A stretch of DNA of 56,667 nucleotides from an uncultured Bacilli bacterium. GTDB lineage: Bacteria > Bacillota_I > Bacilli_A > RF39 > UBA660. Shown one piece after another: positions 35,565-45,535 of the stretch. Where the stretch lies: contig CANQHD010000001.1 in the NCBI GenBank assembly GCA_947623625.1, positions 1 through 56,667 on the forward strand, given 5' to 3'. Below the pieces are notes generated by a model. The model was not told the DNA's origin. It searched no databases and was given only the letters and a program-made list of their open reading frames with translations. The position numbers and the translations under genes were made by a program. How positions within the stretch are numbered: the first letter of the stretch is position 1; each line of letters begins with the position of its first letter.

Positions 35565-37217
35565 ATGAGTAAAATTAACATTTTCAGTTTAGGTGGACTG
35601 AATGAAAATGGAAAAAATATGTATGTTGTCGAAGTGGATAAAGATATTTTTATTTTCGACGCAGGATTAAAATATGATAATGAGAAAACATTAGGAATTG
35701 ATTATATTATTCCAAACTATGATTACTTAATCAAAAATAAAAAACGCATTAAAGGAATTTTTTTAACACACGGTCATGAAGGAAATATGGGGGCTGTTCC
35801 AGATATTTTAGGATCAATTCCAACGCTTCCTATTTATGGAACAAAGCTGACACTTTCTCTTTTAAAAGAAGATTTAAAAGAAAAAAAGTATGAGAAGAAT
35901 TTAAAAGAGATAAGACCTCACTCAAAGCTTGTTTTTGGAAAAAATGTGCTCTTTCCAATTCAAGTGACACATTCTATTCCAGATGCAGTTTGTTATGTAC
36001 TATATACTAAGGATGGAGCCATTGTTTATACTGGAGATTTTGTTTTTGATCACACCATGACAGGAGCATACCATACCGATATTGGAAAACTGGCTTATGT
36101 TGGAAAACAAGGAGTTTTATGTCTTCTTTGTGAATCTATGTATGCAGAACGTCTTGGTCATACTTCACCCCTCAATCGAGTGAGTTCTTTTATAGGAGAG
36201 GTTCTAGCTAAAAATCCCAAACGAATTATTGCTACAGTTTTTCCAGCACATTTTTATCGTATTCAGGAAATATTTAATGAAGTTTCCAAAACACATCGAA
36301 AAATTGTCATTATGGGAAAAGGGTTACAATCGACCATTTTAAATGCAATTCATCAAGGATATTTACAAATTGATTCTAAAGTAATTGGAGACTTAACAAA
36401 CTTAAATGATTCGAATGCTGTTGTTTTAATATCCGATGAGAAAGAAAAACCTTTTGTCAATTTGGAAAAAATTATTAAAGGCTTTGACAAATATATAAAA
36501 TTAAAAGAAACAGATACGATTTTTATTACAGAACCTGCTTATGAAGGAATTGAAAAACGTCTCGCGCTTGTGATGGACGAGATTGCAATGCTTGGGGTAA
36601 ACGCAGTTAGTTTATCGAGCAAAAAGCATCTTCTTCATCATGCTTCACGAGAAGATTTGATGTTGATGCTTAATTTAATGCAACCAAAATATTTTTTCCC
36701 AGTTAAAGGAGAATACCGTCAACAATATGCAAATGCAACAATTGCCCATGAATTAGGAATTCCAAAAGATAATATTCTTCTTAAACAAAATGGAGATGTT
36801 GTCACTTTTATTAATGGTGTTTTAGATACGACGAAACAAACTCACATAGATGTTGATGAAATTTTAATCGATGGAAACTCAAGCGATGATATTGGAAATT
36901 TAGTTTTAAAAGATCGTGAAATGTTAGGGGAAAATGGAATTATTATTTTATCTTGTACCCTTTCTAAAGAAACAAAAGAAATCATCGCAGGACCAGAAGT
37001 ATTAACACGTGGATTTATTTATGTGAAGGAACATCAAGATGTATTAGAGGAGACAAAAAATATTGCAAAAGATGTGATTCTATCCAATATTTCAGCTGGA
37101 GAAAAAAGAGTTGATTATACAAAAATTAAAAATGACATTCGTGAAATTTTAGGAAAATATTATTATAAAATGACTGAATCCAAACCAATGATTATCACAG
37201 TTATTCAAGAAATATAA
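35565..37217 (+). CDS. rnj: ribonuclease J family protein (metallo-beta-lactamase/beta-CASP) with degenerate motif II
   Basis: 550 aa. NENGKNMYVVE, THSIPDA and TGDF motifs are present. Motif II reads THGHEGNMG (35769-35786) instead of HGHEDHIG. Confidence 0.8.
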   Translation: MSKINIFSLGGLNENGKNMYVVEVDKDIFIFDAGLKYDNEKTLGIDYIIPNYDYLIKNKKRIKGIFLTHGHEGNMGAVPDILGSIPTLPIYGTKLTLSLLKEDLKEKKYEKNLKEIRPHSKLVFGKNVLFPIQVTHSIPDAVCYVLYTKDGAIVYTGDFVFDHTMTGAYHTDIGKLAYVGKQGVLCLLCESMYAERLGHTSPLNRVSSFIGEVLAKNPKRIIATVFPAHFYRIQEIFNEVSKTHRKIVIMGKGLQSTILNAIHQGYLQIDSKVIGDLTNLNDSNAVVLISDEKEKPFVNLEKIIKGFDKYIKLKETDTIFITEPAYEGIEKRLALVMDEIAMLGVNAVSLSSKKHLLHHASREDLMLMLNLMQPKYFFPVKGEYRQQYANATIAHELGIPKDNILLKQNGDVVTFINGVLDTTKQTHIDVDEILIDGNSSDDIGNLVLKDREMLGENGIIILSCTLSKETKEIIAGPEVLTRGFIYVKEHQDVLEETKNIAKDVILSNISAGEKRVDYTKIKNDIREILGKYYYKMTESKPMIITVIQEI

Positions 37218-37277
37218 TTTTTCTTCTTTATTTGTATAATTTTTGAAAATTTATCCCATTTTATAAATGGTGATATT

Positions 37278-38609
37278 ATGGAAATAACAAAAACATTATT
37301 AGAACAGATGCAAGAAAAATTTTTAAAAGATCCTCAAAACGAAGTTTTAATGCATGCTGTTTGTGAAAATGGAATTTTAAAAACTGCTAAAAAAAGCGAT
37401 TCAAAAAATCGTCTTTTGCCTCTTTTTTCTGTTCGACTAAAAGGGGGAGAAGTGACAAATCAAAAGCAAAGTGGACGTTGTTGGATGTTTGCTTCCTTAA
37501 ATACTTTTCGATATCAAATTATTAAAAAACTTCATTTAAAAACATTTGAACTTTCAGAAAATTATCCTCTGTTTTATGACAAATTGGAAAAATGTAATTA
37601 CTTTTTAGAGACCATTTTAAAGACAATGGATGAAAAACTAGAAGATCGACTTCTTTCATTTTTATTGCAAGATCCAATCCAAGATGGTGGACAATGGGAT
37701 ATGTTTTGTAATCTTGTAAAAAAATACGGTATTGTTCCTAAAAGTGCGATGGAAGAAGTTGCAGTCTCATCTAGTACAGCAGAGCTTGATACGATTCTAG
37801 ATACCAAATTAAGACAAGCAACAATTATTTTAAGGAAGTTAAATGATGAAGGCAAAAGTAAAGAAGAGATAAATGCAAAAAAAGAAGAGATTTTAGAAGA
37901 AATTTATAAAATACTTGTCACTTCTTTAGGACTTCCTCCAACAACATTTGATTTTGAATATGTCGATAAAGATGAAAAATACCATGTGGATAGAAATTTA
38001 ACTCCTCAACAATTTTTTGAAAAATATGTTGGACTTGATTTAGATCAGTTTGTTAGTGTCATCAATGCTCCAACAGATGACAAACCTTATTATGATACCT
38101 ATTCTGTAAAATATTTAGGAAATGTGGTTGAAGGGAGTGCTGTTACTTATCTCAATCTTCCAATAGAAAGACTAAAAGAGCTTGTGATTTCACAATTAAA
38201 AGACGACTATCCCGTTTGGTTTGGGTGTGATGTCGATAAAGATCTTGATCGAAAAATGGGACAAATGTCACTTGAAAATTATGACCGTGAAAACTTATTT
38301 GGAAGTCCATTTCAACTGGATAAAAAAGATGCATTGAATACTTATGAAAGTCGAATGACGCATGCAATGGTCTTTATGGGAGTCAACTTAACAGATGAGA
38401 TGCATGCAGATAAATATTGTGTTGAAAACAGTTGGGGAAAAGACGTTGGAAGTGAAGGATTTTATGTTATGAGTGATTCTTGGTTTAGCAAATATGTTTA
38501 CCAGATTGTTATTTTAAAAAAATACTTAAACGAAGAAGAGAAAGAAGCCTTAAAAAAAGAACCCCATCTTTTACAGCCATGGGATCCAATGGGAGCACTT
38601 GCAAAATAA
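37278..38609 (+). CDS. pepC: aminopeptidase C (bleomycin-hydrolase-type C1 cysteine peptidase)
   Basis: QKQSGRCWMFA catalytic Cys motif and HAMVFMG His motif; 443 aa. Confidence 0.85.
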   Translation: MEITKTLLEQMQEKFLKDPQNEVLMHAVCENGILKTAKKSDSKNRLLPLFSVRLKGGEVTNQKQSGRCWMFASLNTFRYQIIKKLHLKTFELSENYPLFYDKLEKCNYFLETILKTMDEKLEDRLLSFLLQDPIQDGGQWDMFCNLVKKYGIVPKSAMEEVAVSSSTAELDTILDTKLRQATIILRKLNDEGKSKEEINAKKEEILEEIYKILVTSLGLPPTTFDFEYVDKDEKYHVDRNLTPQQFFEKYVGLDLDQFVSVINAPTDDKPYYDTYSVKYLGNVVEGSAVTYLNLPIERLKELVISQLKDDYPVWFGCDVDKDLDRKMGQMSLENYDRENLFGSPFQLDKKDALNTYESRMTHAMVFMGVNLTDEMHADKYCVENSWGKDVGSEGFYVMSDSWFSKYVYQIVILKKYLNEEEKEALKKEPHLLQPWDPMGALAK

Positions 38610-38620
38610 GTGCTTTTTTT
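38594..38620 (+). terminator. rho-independent terminator overlapping the pepC stop
   Basis: AGCACTT/AAGTGCT stem, 7-nt loop, T7 run. Confidence 0.7.
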
Positions 38621-38734
38621 GACGAAAATAGACATTGTTTTCTTTTAATTCTTCTTTGTCGCCTCTTCATTTTGATATAATAATATTAAGAATGAAATCC
38701 AAGAAAAAGATTATAATGAAAGTAAGTGATTGAA

Positions 38735-40138
38735 ATGGATACCAAAGAAAAGAAAAATAAAAAAGGCATTTATATCATTTATTTTCTAGTCTTTGTTTTA
38801 ATAATTGCATTCATTCTTTATTGGATTATTTTAAAAAAACAAGAAAAATATTTGACATCAAAACCACAAGTTTTTCGTGAAAATAATTTTACCGTTGTTT
38901 TTCAAAATGAGAAAATCAACTTTTGCAATTATAATAAAGTAGACTACTTTCTTCAAACTTATCAAGAAAATCTTTCGTTTGATGAGATGAAGTTTGATGA
39001 TCTTTATATGAGTAAAGACTCTTGTCCAGGTACTTTAAAAAAGGTAGGAAATCATTTTTTATTTTCACCCTCATCTAAAATAATGGAACAAGTTAAGGAT
39101 GAATATGTTTTAAATGAACTACCAAGTCAAGTCAAGCCCTTGAGTGAAGAGGGTATGTATCCTTTAAAAGATGGCTTTTTTCTTTATGGATACGATCAAG
39201 AAGAAATAACTTCAATTTATCTTTTGAAATATAAAAGTGACAATACATTGCAGTGGTATCAAAAGATAAAGCCCGTCTTTGATAATCCTGAACAGAAACC
39301 CATTTCATTTTTTCATGTTTTGATGAATGAAATCATTGAAATAGATGATAAGTATGCTGTTTTATATATGCTGAATTATGATATTGAAGAAGAAGAAACA
39401 CATCAAGTTTATTGTTTAGCAACTTTTGATAAGCAAGGAAATTTCCTTGACAATAAAACTTTATTTTCCTCATCATCATCTTCCTCACTCACATATTTAG
39501 GTACTTTAGATAATCATTTTCTCTTTTGCACTGAAGATTTTGTAGAAGAACAACTCAGGCATGTTCAAGTAAACTTAGATGGTGAACAGACACTTTTATT
39601 TCAATCAGAGATAACAGATGAAAATTCTAATCGCTCTATCTCTTTCAGTGATGAAAACTATATATATCATTTGTATGAAATAGAAAAAGGTGATGGTCCG
39701 AACATGCTTTCTTTAAATAAATTGGACATGCATGGAAATCTTACTTTATCACTCACTATAGAGCAAGGCAAAGATATCGAACCATATTCTTCTTATTCCT
39801 TAAAACAGCTTGGCAATAACTTGTTTCTTATTTGTAATAATTTCTTATATATTTATGATAAAGAGGGGAAATTTTTAAAGAAAGAGGCAATCAATCAAGA
39901 AGAAATTCAAATTGATTATGATAGAGATGAAAATCATTATTACTTTTTAACAAGCGATTCGATTGGTAATAAATATATTCAAATATTGGATCAAAATTTT
40001 GAAATTAAAAGTCAATTTCAATATAATCAGCCCGAAGAAGTAGTAACGTTTTTGAATCACAATCATCTATATACATCTAGTTTTAAAAAGATGAGAGAGA
40101 AAAAATATCAGGTTTTATCTATTTATACATTTGAGTAA
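38735..40138 (+). CDS. hypothetical membrane-anchored protein (N-terminal TM, large extracytoplasmic domain)
   Basis: Long ORF with TM IYIIYFLVFVLIIAFILYWIIL. ATG at 38735. I recognise no family. Confidence 0.5.
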   Translation: MDTKEKKNKKGIYIIYFLVFVLIIAFILYWIILKKQEKYLTSKPQVFRENNFTVVFQNEKINFCNYNKVDYFLQTYQENLSFDEMKFDDLYMSKDSCPGTLKKVGNHFLFSPSSKIMEQVKDEYVLNELPSQVKPLSEEGMYPLKDGFFLYGYDQEEITSIYLLKYKSDNTLQWYQKIKPVFDNPEQKPISFFHVLMNEIIEIDDKYAVLYMLNYDIEEEETHQVYCLATFDKQGNFLDNKTLFSSSSSSSLTYLGTLDNHFLFCTEDFVEEQLRHVQVNLDGEQTLLFQSEITDENSNRSISFSDENYIYHLYEIEKGDGPNMLSLNKLDMHGNLTLSLTIEQGKDIEPYSSYSLKQLGNNLFLICNNFLYIYDKEGKFLKKEAINQEEIQIDYDRDENHYYFLTSDSIGNKYIQILDQNFEIKSQFQYNQPEEVVTFLNHNHLYTSSFKKMREKKYQVLSIYTFE

Positions 40139-40228
40139 ATAGGTTTGCGATTTCCTTTGATAAGTGAATTTTTTCTTTCTTCTTCTATTCGACAAATTTG
40201 TTTGCATACAGTCAAACAGGGTGAGTTT

Positions 40229-42136
40229 ATGTTTATTAAAAAAATTAATATGCGAATGAAAATTGTTCTTCTCATTTTTCTTTTCTGCTTCTTATTAGTA
40301 GTTTTGCGTGTTTTTTATGTTCAAGTATTTGACTATAAGAAATTATCTCATCTTGCTTCTGATTTATGGAGTCGTAATTTGCCCATCGAAGCACCAAGAG
40401 GACTGATTCTAGATCGAAATGGCGTGGTTCTTGCAGATAACTTGACGACGACTTCTCTAGTTTTAATTCCTAATCAGATCAACAACAAAGAAGAAGTTTC
40501 AGAAAAACTTGCTGAGATATTAGGCGTGAGCAAAGAAGAGATGGATAAGCATGTTTATAAAAAAACTTCGATGGAACGTGTTCATCCTGAGGGAAGAAGG
40601 CTCTCTTATGAAATCGCGGATAAAATAGAAGCGCTTCACTTTGATGGGGTTTATTTAGTCAAAGAAGCAAAGCGATATTATCCTTATGGAAATTTACTCT
40701 CTCATACGCTTGGTTATGTTGGAATTGATAATCAAGGGCTTTCTGGTCTTGAGCTTCAATATAATAGTTATCTAACAGGAGAAGCTGGAGCAATTCGTTA
40801 TTTCTCAGATGCTAAGGGAAACAAGCTTTCTCTATCAGATATTTATACACAGCCTCAAAATGGAATGAATATTCAGCTGACAATTGATATTAATATTCAA
40901 AAGTCTCTTGAGAGAGAACTCTCTAATGTCGTGGATATGTTTAATCCAGATATGGCTCTTGCACTCGTGATGGATCCCAACACAGGAGAAATTTTAGGTA
41001 TGGCTTCAAGACCGGATTATGATCCCAATCATTATCAAGATTATAGTCAAGAAGTTTTATCACGAAATCTGCCTATTTGGGCAAGTTATGAACCCGGGTC
41101 TACTCAAAAAATTATTACAACAAGCGCTGTTGTTGAAGAAAAATTAATTGATCTTGAAAAAGATACTTTCTATGATGGAGGTAGTGTTCAAGTAGATACT
41201 GCGCGCATTAAATGTTGGAAAGCAGGAGGACACGGTGCCCAGACTTTTTTACAAGTCTTACAAAATAGTTGCAACCCAGGATTTGTTAAAATGGGACAGA
41301 TGCTTGGTAAAGAAAAATTGTTTTCATATCTTGATTTGTTTGGCTTTGGTGAGAAAACAGGAATTGATTTAAATGGAGAAGGTAAGGGAATTATTTTTCC
41401 ACTCAATCGAGTTGGAAATATTGAACTTGCAACAACAGCTTTTGGTCAAGGTATTTCAGTAACGCCGATTCAACAAGTCCGAGCAATATCTGCAACAGTG
41501 AATGGTGGCTCTTTATTAAAGCCTTATGTTTTAAAAGCAATAGAAGAACCAGAAACAGGAAACGTCCTTTTAGAAAATAAAAAGAAAGTCGTTCGTCAGA
41601 CGATTAGCAAAGAAACATCCAAAACAATGCGAATGGCACTTGAGAGCGTTGTCGCTCTTGGTGGAGGAAAAGCAGCTTATATTGATGGGTACCGAATTGG
41701 TGGAAAAACAGGAACAGCACAAAAAGTACAAAATGGTGCTTACCTAGTCAACAATTATATTATGTCGTTTGTAGGAATTGTTCCATCAAATGATCCTAAG
41801 GCTGTTTTATATATTGCGATTGATAACCCTAAAAACACAGCTCTTTTATCTAGTTATACAACAACACCTATTGCACGACGAATTTTACTGGATATTATCG
41901 ATGCTTTAAAGATTGAAAAGCAACCTGGTGGACTTGAAAAAGATTATATTTGGAGTGATAAAGTCTATTATCAAGTTCCAAATGTCATCGGAAAAACAAA
42001 AAAAGAAGCTACACAATTGCTTGAGAAATTTCAAGTAGAATATTCTGGAAGTGGAGATATTGTTCTGAGTCAGTCACCTATGTCAGATGAGAGAATAGAA
42101 GAAGGAGCTACTGTGAAGCTACTTTTAGGAAGTTAA
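40229..42136 (+). CDS. class B penicillin-binding protein (PBP2B/SpoVD/FtsI-like) with C-terminal PASTA domain
   Basis: SxxK (STQK), SxN (SCN) and KTG (KTGTAQ) motifs; PASTA-like VPNVIGKTKKEA. ATG at 40229 after GGGTGA. Confidence 0.85.
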   Translation: MFIKKINMRMKIVLLIFLFCFLLVVLRVFYVQVFDYKKLSHLASDLWSRNLPIEAPRGLILDRNGVVLADNLTTTSLVLIPNQINNKEEVSEKLAEILGVSKEEMDKHVYKKTSMERVHPEGRRLSYEIADKIEALHFDGVYLVKEAKRYYPYGNLLSHTLGYVGIDNQGLSGLELQYNSYLTGEAGAIRYFSDAKGNKLSLSDIYTQPQNGMNIQLTIDINIQKSLERELSNVVDMFNPDMALALVMDPNTGEILGMASRPDYDPNHYQDYSQEVLSRNLPIWASYEPGSTQKIITTSAVVEEKLIDLEKDTFYDGGSVQVDTARIKCWKAGGHGAQTFLQVLQNSCNPGFVKMGQMLGKEKLFSYLDLFGFGEKTGIDLNGEGKGIIFPLNRVGNIELATTAFGQGISVTPIQQVRAISATVNGGSLLKPYVLKAIEEPETGNVLLENKKKVVRQTISKETSKTMRMALESVVALGGGKAAYIDGYRIGGKTGTAQKVQNGAYLVNNYIMSFVGIVPSNDPKAVLYIAIDNPKNTALLSSYTTTPIARRILLDIIDALKIEKQPGGLEKDYIWSDKVYYQVPNVIGKTKKEATQLLEKFQVEYSGSGDIVLSQSPMSDERIEEGATVKLLLGS

Positions 42137-42137
42137 A

Positions 42138-42157
42138 TGTCAATTCTTGTCAATTCT
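42138..42157. repeat. perfect tandem 10-bp direct repeat TGTCAATTCT x2 in the pbp-mraY intergenic region
   Basis: Read directly at 42138-42147 and 42148-42157, followed by TG. Confidence 0.6.
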
Positions 42158-42219
42158 TGCAAATAAAATGGAACAAAAAAAACTTTATGATATACTAAAA
42201 TAAGGAAAGAGGAAAAAAC

Positions 42220-43200
42220 ATGTTACTACTTACAAAGGCAATTTTTGCAGTGATGATTGGGTTCTTATCTTCATGTGTTTTAGGACTTTTTTTGGTTCCT
42301 TTTTTAAAAAAAATGAAGGTAGGACAAAGAATTAGTATTTTTGTTGGAGAAAGTCACCGAAAAAAAGAAGGAACACCAACAATGGGGGGAATTATTTTTA
42401 TTCTGCCGACTGTCTTGGTTACATTATTTCTTCTTTTAACGGAAAAGATTCCATATACAGATAATTTATTAATCGTTTTACTTGTTTTTGTAAGTTTTGC
42501 TTTTATTGGTTTTTTAGATGATTTCATCAGTTTAAAGCGCCATGACAATGAAGGACTTACAACGTATCAAAAATTATTTTTTCAAATTTTAGTTTCCACG
42601 ATTTTTTTCTATATTTATATGAAAAATGGCGGTCAAACATCTTGGGTAGTTGGAACTCTTCATATTGATTTTGAAATGGGCTGGCTTTATGGAATTTTTA
42701 TTTTATTCTTGTTAGTTGGGGCTTCCAATGCTGTCAATTTAACAGATGGTTTGGATGGCTTGGCAGGAGGACTATCAGCGATTGCCTTTGTTGCTTTTAG
42801 TTTAATTTCTTTTGTGGTTGGTTTTGAAGATTTAGGCGTCTTTTCTCTTGTTTTAGTTGGGTCCCTCATTGGATTTTTAGTCTTCAATACACATCCTGCT
42901 CGTATATTTATGGGCGATACAGGAAGTTTAGCATTGGGTGGCGTTATGGCAAGTATTGCAATCTTAACACACCGTGAGTTAACACTTCTTGTCGTAGCAG
43001 GCGTCTTTGTTGTTGAAACACTCTCTGTCATCCTACAGGTGCTTTGGCTTCATCTTTTTCATCATAAACTTTTCTTAATGACGCCGCTTCATCATCATTT
43101 TGAAAAATTAGGATGGAAAGAGAGGGATATTGTCAAATTATTTTGGATTTTTGGTCTTATTTTAGCAATGGCTGGAATACTATTTGGAGTTTGGCTATAA
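42220..43200 (+). CDS. mraY: phospho-N-acetylmuramoyl-pentapeptide transferase
   Basis: NAVNLTDGLDGLA, MGDTGSLALGG and PLHHHFE motifs. Confidence 0.9.
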   Translation: MLLLTKAIFAVMIGFLSSCVLGLFLVPFLKKMKVGQRISIFVGESHRKKEGTPTMGGIIFILPTVLVTLFLLLTEKIPYTDNLLIVLLVFVSFAFIGFLDDFISLKRHDNEGLTTYQKLFFQILVSTIFFYIYMKNGGQTSWVVGTLHIDFEMGWLYGIFILFLLVGASNAVNLTDGLDGLAGGLSAIAFVAFSLISFVVGFEDLGVFSLVLVGSLIGFLVFNTHPARIFMGDTGSLALGGVMASIAILTHRELTLLVVAGVFVVETLSVILQVLWLHLFHHKLFLMTPLHHHFEKLGWKERDIVKLFWIFGLILAMAGILFGVWL

Positions 43201-43290
43201 AGAATTCGCTATTTGTTGCTTTATGACTTGAAAATATATGTTATAATGAAAAAGTTGTAAAAAGGGGAAATATCAATAAAGGAGAAGAAT

Positions 43291-44487
43291 ATGGAACAGA
43301 AAAAAATCAAAGTTGGTATTTTACCAAGTCAATTTTTAAAAGAAGATGGCTCATTTGACAAAATAGAAGCAATAAAATTATCCGGTAAGATTGCAGGTAT
43401 ATGTTATGATAAAGAGGGGTTTTCCCATCTTGAAAATGAACCTTTAGAAAGAACAATGCATCGTATAGATATGACTTTAAATAATGGACATCATAGTGTT
43501 TATGACCATATCACAATCCATTTTAATTTTCAAAATATTCCCAAAATATTAGCAATGGTACTCAATAATGAACACTATTATACAGCAAGTGAAAAGTCTA
43601 TGCGATATACACCGATATCCACAGCATCATCCATTACAAAGGAAGAGATCAATCTTTATGAAAAATGGTTTACTATATTGAAAGAGAAAATTAAATCACA
43701 ATATGGTTCTATTTATAGTGCTAGTAAAATCGCAAAATTGGCGCAAGAAAATGCACGATATTTTGTAACTGTATTTATGCCAACTCAAATGATTTATTCA
43801 ACATCACTAAGACAAATTAATTCTCTTGCTTCTTGGATGAGAGACTATATTGAAACTTGTGATAAAAGGAGTACCTTTAAAGAAAAGCTTGCGCTTTCTA
43901 TGCAAGAAGTACTTCAAAAACTTCAAGATCGAAATGTTTTGGAAGAGGGACTACTAAAAAATGAAAAACAGAGAAAACTTTCTTTATTTGGTAAAGATTT
44001 AGATAGAAAAGAAGAATATTTTGGAGAAGTATATTCTACTGGATATAAAGCATCCCTTGCTTATCTTGCCCAAGCTCAAAGACATAGAACACTCGACTAT
44101 CAAATGGAGTTTTTAACGGAAAAAGAGTATTTTATTCCACCCATTCTTATGGATGAGCAAATTCTTGTGGATGAGTGGTTAGAAGATATGAGAAAAGTAA
44201 GTCATGTTCATCCCCAAGGAGAGCTAGTTAGAATAAGAGAAATCGGCAAATATGATGACTTTATTTTAAAATGTAAAGAAAGACTTTGTAGTGCTTCTCA
44301 ACTTGAAATGATGTTAAAGACAAAAGATACTTTATCTAAGTACGAAGAAGCTCTTGAAGTCTCAGAAAATCCACTGGCAAGAGATATTGAAAAGTATATG
44401 TATGGAGCAAGATGTACTTTTCCAGACTTTGCTTGTAAAGAAGATTGTCATTTTAAAGAAGGAAAAACACTGGTTAGAAAAATATAA
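43291..44487 (+). CDS. ThyX-like (flavin-dependent thymidylate synthase fold) protein with an apparent internal duplication
   Basis: NGHHSVYDHITIHFNF...LNNEHYYTASEKSMRY aligns to the ThyX motif GHES..EH..FTF...RHR..S...S.RY. A second segment, YKASLAYLAQAQRHRTLDY...EYFIPP...RLCSASQLEM, repeats the core. Confidence 0.55.
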   Translation: MEQKKIKVGILPSQFLKEDGSFDKIEAIKLSGKIAGICYDKEGFSHLENEPLERTMHRIDMTLNNGHHSVYDHITIHFNFQNIPKILAMVLNNEHYYTASEKSMRYTPISTASSITKEEINLYEKWFTILKEKIKSQYGSIYSASKIAKLAQENARYFVTVFMPTQMIYSTSLRQINSLASWMRDYIETCDKRSTFKEKLALSMQEVLQKLQDRNVLEEGLLKNEKQRKLSLFGKDLDRKEEYFGEVYSTGYKASLAYLAQAQRHRTLDYQMEFLTEKEYFIPPILMDEQILVDEWLEDMRKVSHVHPQGELVRIREIGKYDDFILKCKERLCSASQLEMMLKTKDTLSKYEEALEVSENPLARDIEKYMYGARCTFPDFACKEDCHFKEGKTLVRKI

Positions 44488-44512
44488 AGAAAAAGAAAGA
44501 AGGTAAATAAAG

Positions 44513-45487
44513 ATGTGTACAGCAATTACTTATTATCCTAAAAAACATTATTTTGGAAGAAATTTAGATTTAGAATACTCATATCATGAACAAGTTGTTA
44601 TTACTCCACGAAATTACTCATTTGCTTTTCGAAAAGAGAGAAAAATAGAAAATCATTATGCTTTAATTGGAATGGCATATGTTCAAGATGATTATCCATT
44701 ATATTATGATGCCATGAACGAAAAAGGTCTTTCTATGGCAGGGCTTAATTTCCCAGAAAATGCTTCTTATAAAGAAGAAAAAGAAAATGTATCCAATATA
44801 GCCCCATTTGAATTTATTCCATGGGTATTATCCCAATGCGCAACAGTAGAAGAGGCAAAGACTCTTTTGACTAAAACAAATTTAATTCAGGCAAATTTCA
44901 GTGATGATCTTTTAGTATCTCCGCTTCACTGGATGATCTCAGATCAAAAGACATCCATTGTCGTAGAATGTGTTCAAAGTGGTTTAAATGTCTATGATAA
45001 TGAAGTTGGAGTACTCACCAATAACCCACCATTTGATATGCAACTGTTTCATTTAAACAACTATCTTCATTTAGCAACGACTCAACCAGAAAATACTTTT
45101 TCTAAAAAACTTCCTTTAAAAACATATAGTCGAGGAATGGGTGGACTTGGTCTTCCAGGAGATTTATCTTCGCAATCTCGATTTGTTAAAGCTGCATTTA
45201 CGAGAATGAATTCCATTTCTAAAGAAGGAGAGATAGAAAGTATTAGTCAATTTTTCCATATTTTAGAGTCTGTTTATCAACAAAGAGGATGTGTAGATAT
45301 GGGAAATGGTCAATATGAAATAACAATTTATAGTTCTTGCTGTAATTTAGATGATGGAATCTATTATTATAAGACTTATGAAAATAGTCAAATAACAGCT
45401 GTTCATCTTTTCCATGAAAACTTAGAGAGTAAAAAATTAATTTGCTATGATTTAATAGAAAAACAACAAATTAATTATCAAAATTAG
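44513..45487 (+). CDS. choloylglycine hydrolase / bile salt hydrolase (Ntn linear-amide hydrolase)
   Basis: N-terminal MCTAI nucleophile Cys2, GRNLD, TNNPPF and RFVKA motifs; 324 aa. Confidence 0.85.
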   Translation: MCTAITYYPKKHYFGRNLDLEYSYHEQVVITPRNYSFAFRKERKIENHYALIGMAYVQDDYPLYYDAMNEKGLSMAGLNFPENASYKEEKENVSNIAPFEFIPWVLSQCATVEEAKTLLTKTNLIQANFSDDLLVSPLHWMISDQKTSIVVECVQSGLNVYDNEVGVLTNNPPFDMQLFHLNNYLHLATTQPENTFSKKLPLKTYSRGMGGLGLPGDLSSQSRFVKAAFTRMNSISKEGEIESISQFFHILESVYQQRGCVDMGNGQYEITIYSSCCNLDDGIYYYKTYENSQITAVHLFHENLESKKLICYDLIEKQQINYQN

Positions 45488-45515
45488 AAAGAAACTAAAA
45501 TCTTTCTTTTTGTTT
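45486..45515 (+). terminator. rho-independent terminator after the bile salt hydrolase gene
   Basis: AGAAAGA/TCTTTCT stem, 8-nt loop, T-run. Confidence 0.6.
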
Positions 45516-45535
45516 AAAAAAATTCCCAAATTGAG

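Noticed and set aside
42138-42157. TGTCAA direct repeats; considered as a WalR (TGTWAH-N5-TGTWAH) box upstream of a cell-wall gene
   Set aside because: The spacing is 4 nt (10-bp period), not 5 nt, and position 4 is C rather than A/T, so it does not meet the WalR consensus. It is kept only as a generic direct-repeat observation.
42687-43031. 114-aa minus-strand ORF inside mraY
   Set aside because: It is fully antisense to a highly conserved mraY segment. Its proline/lysine/threonine-rich low-complexity translation is typical of a shadow ORF.
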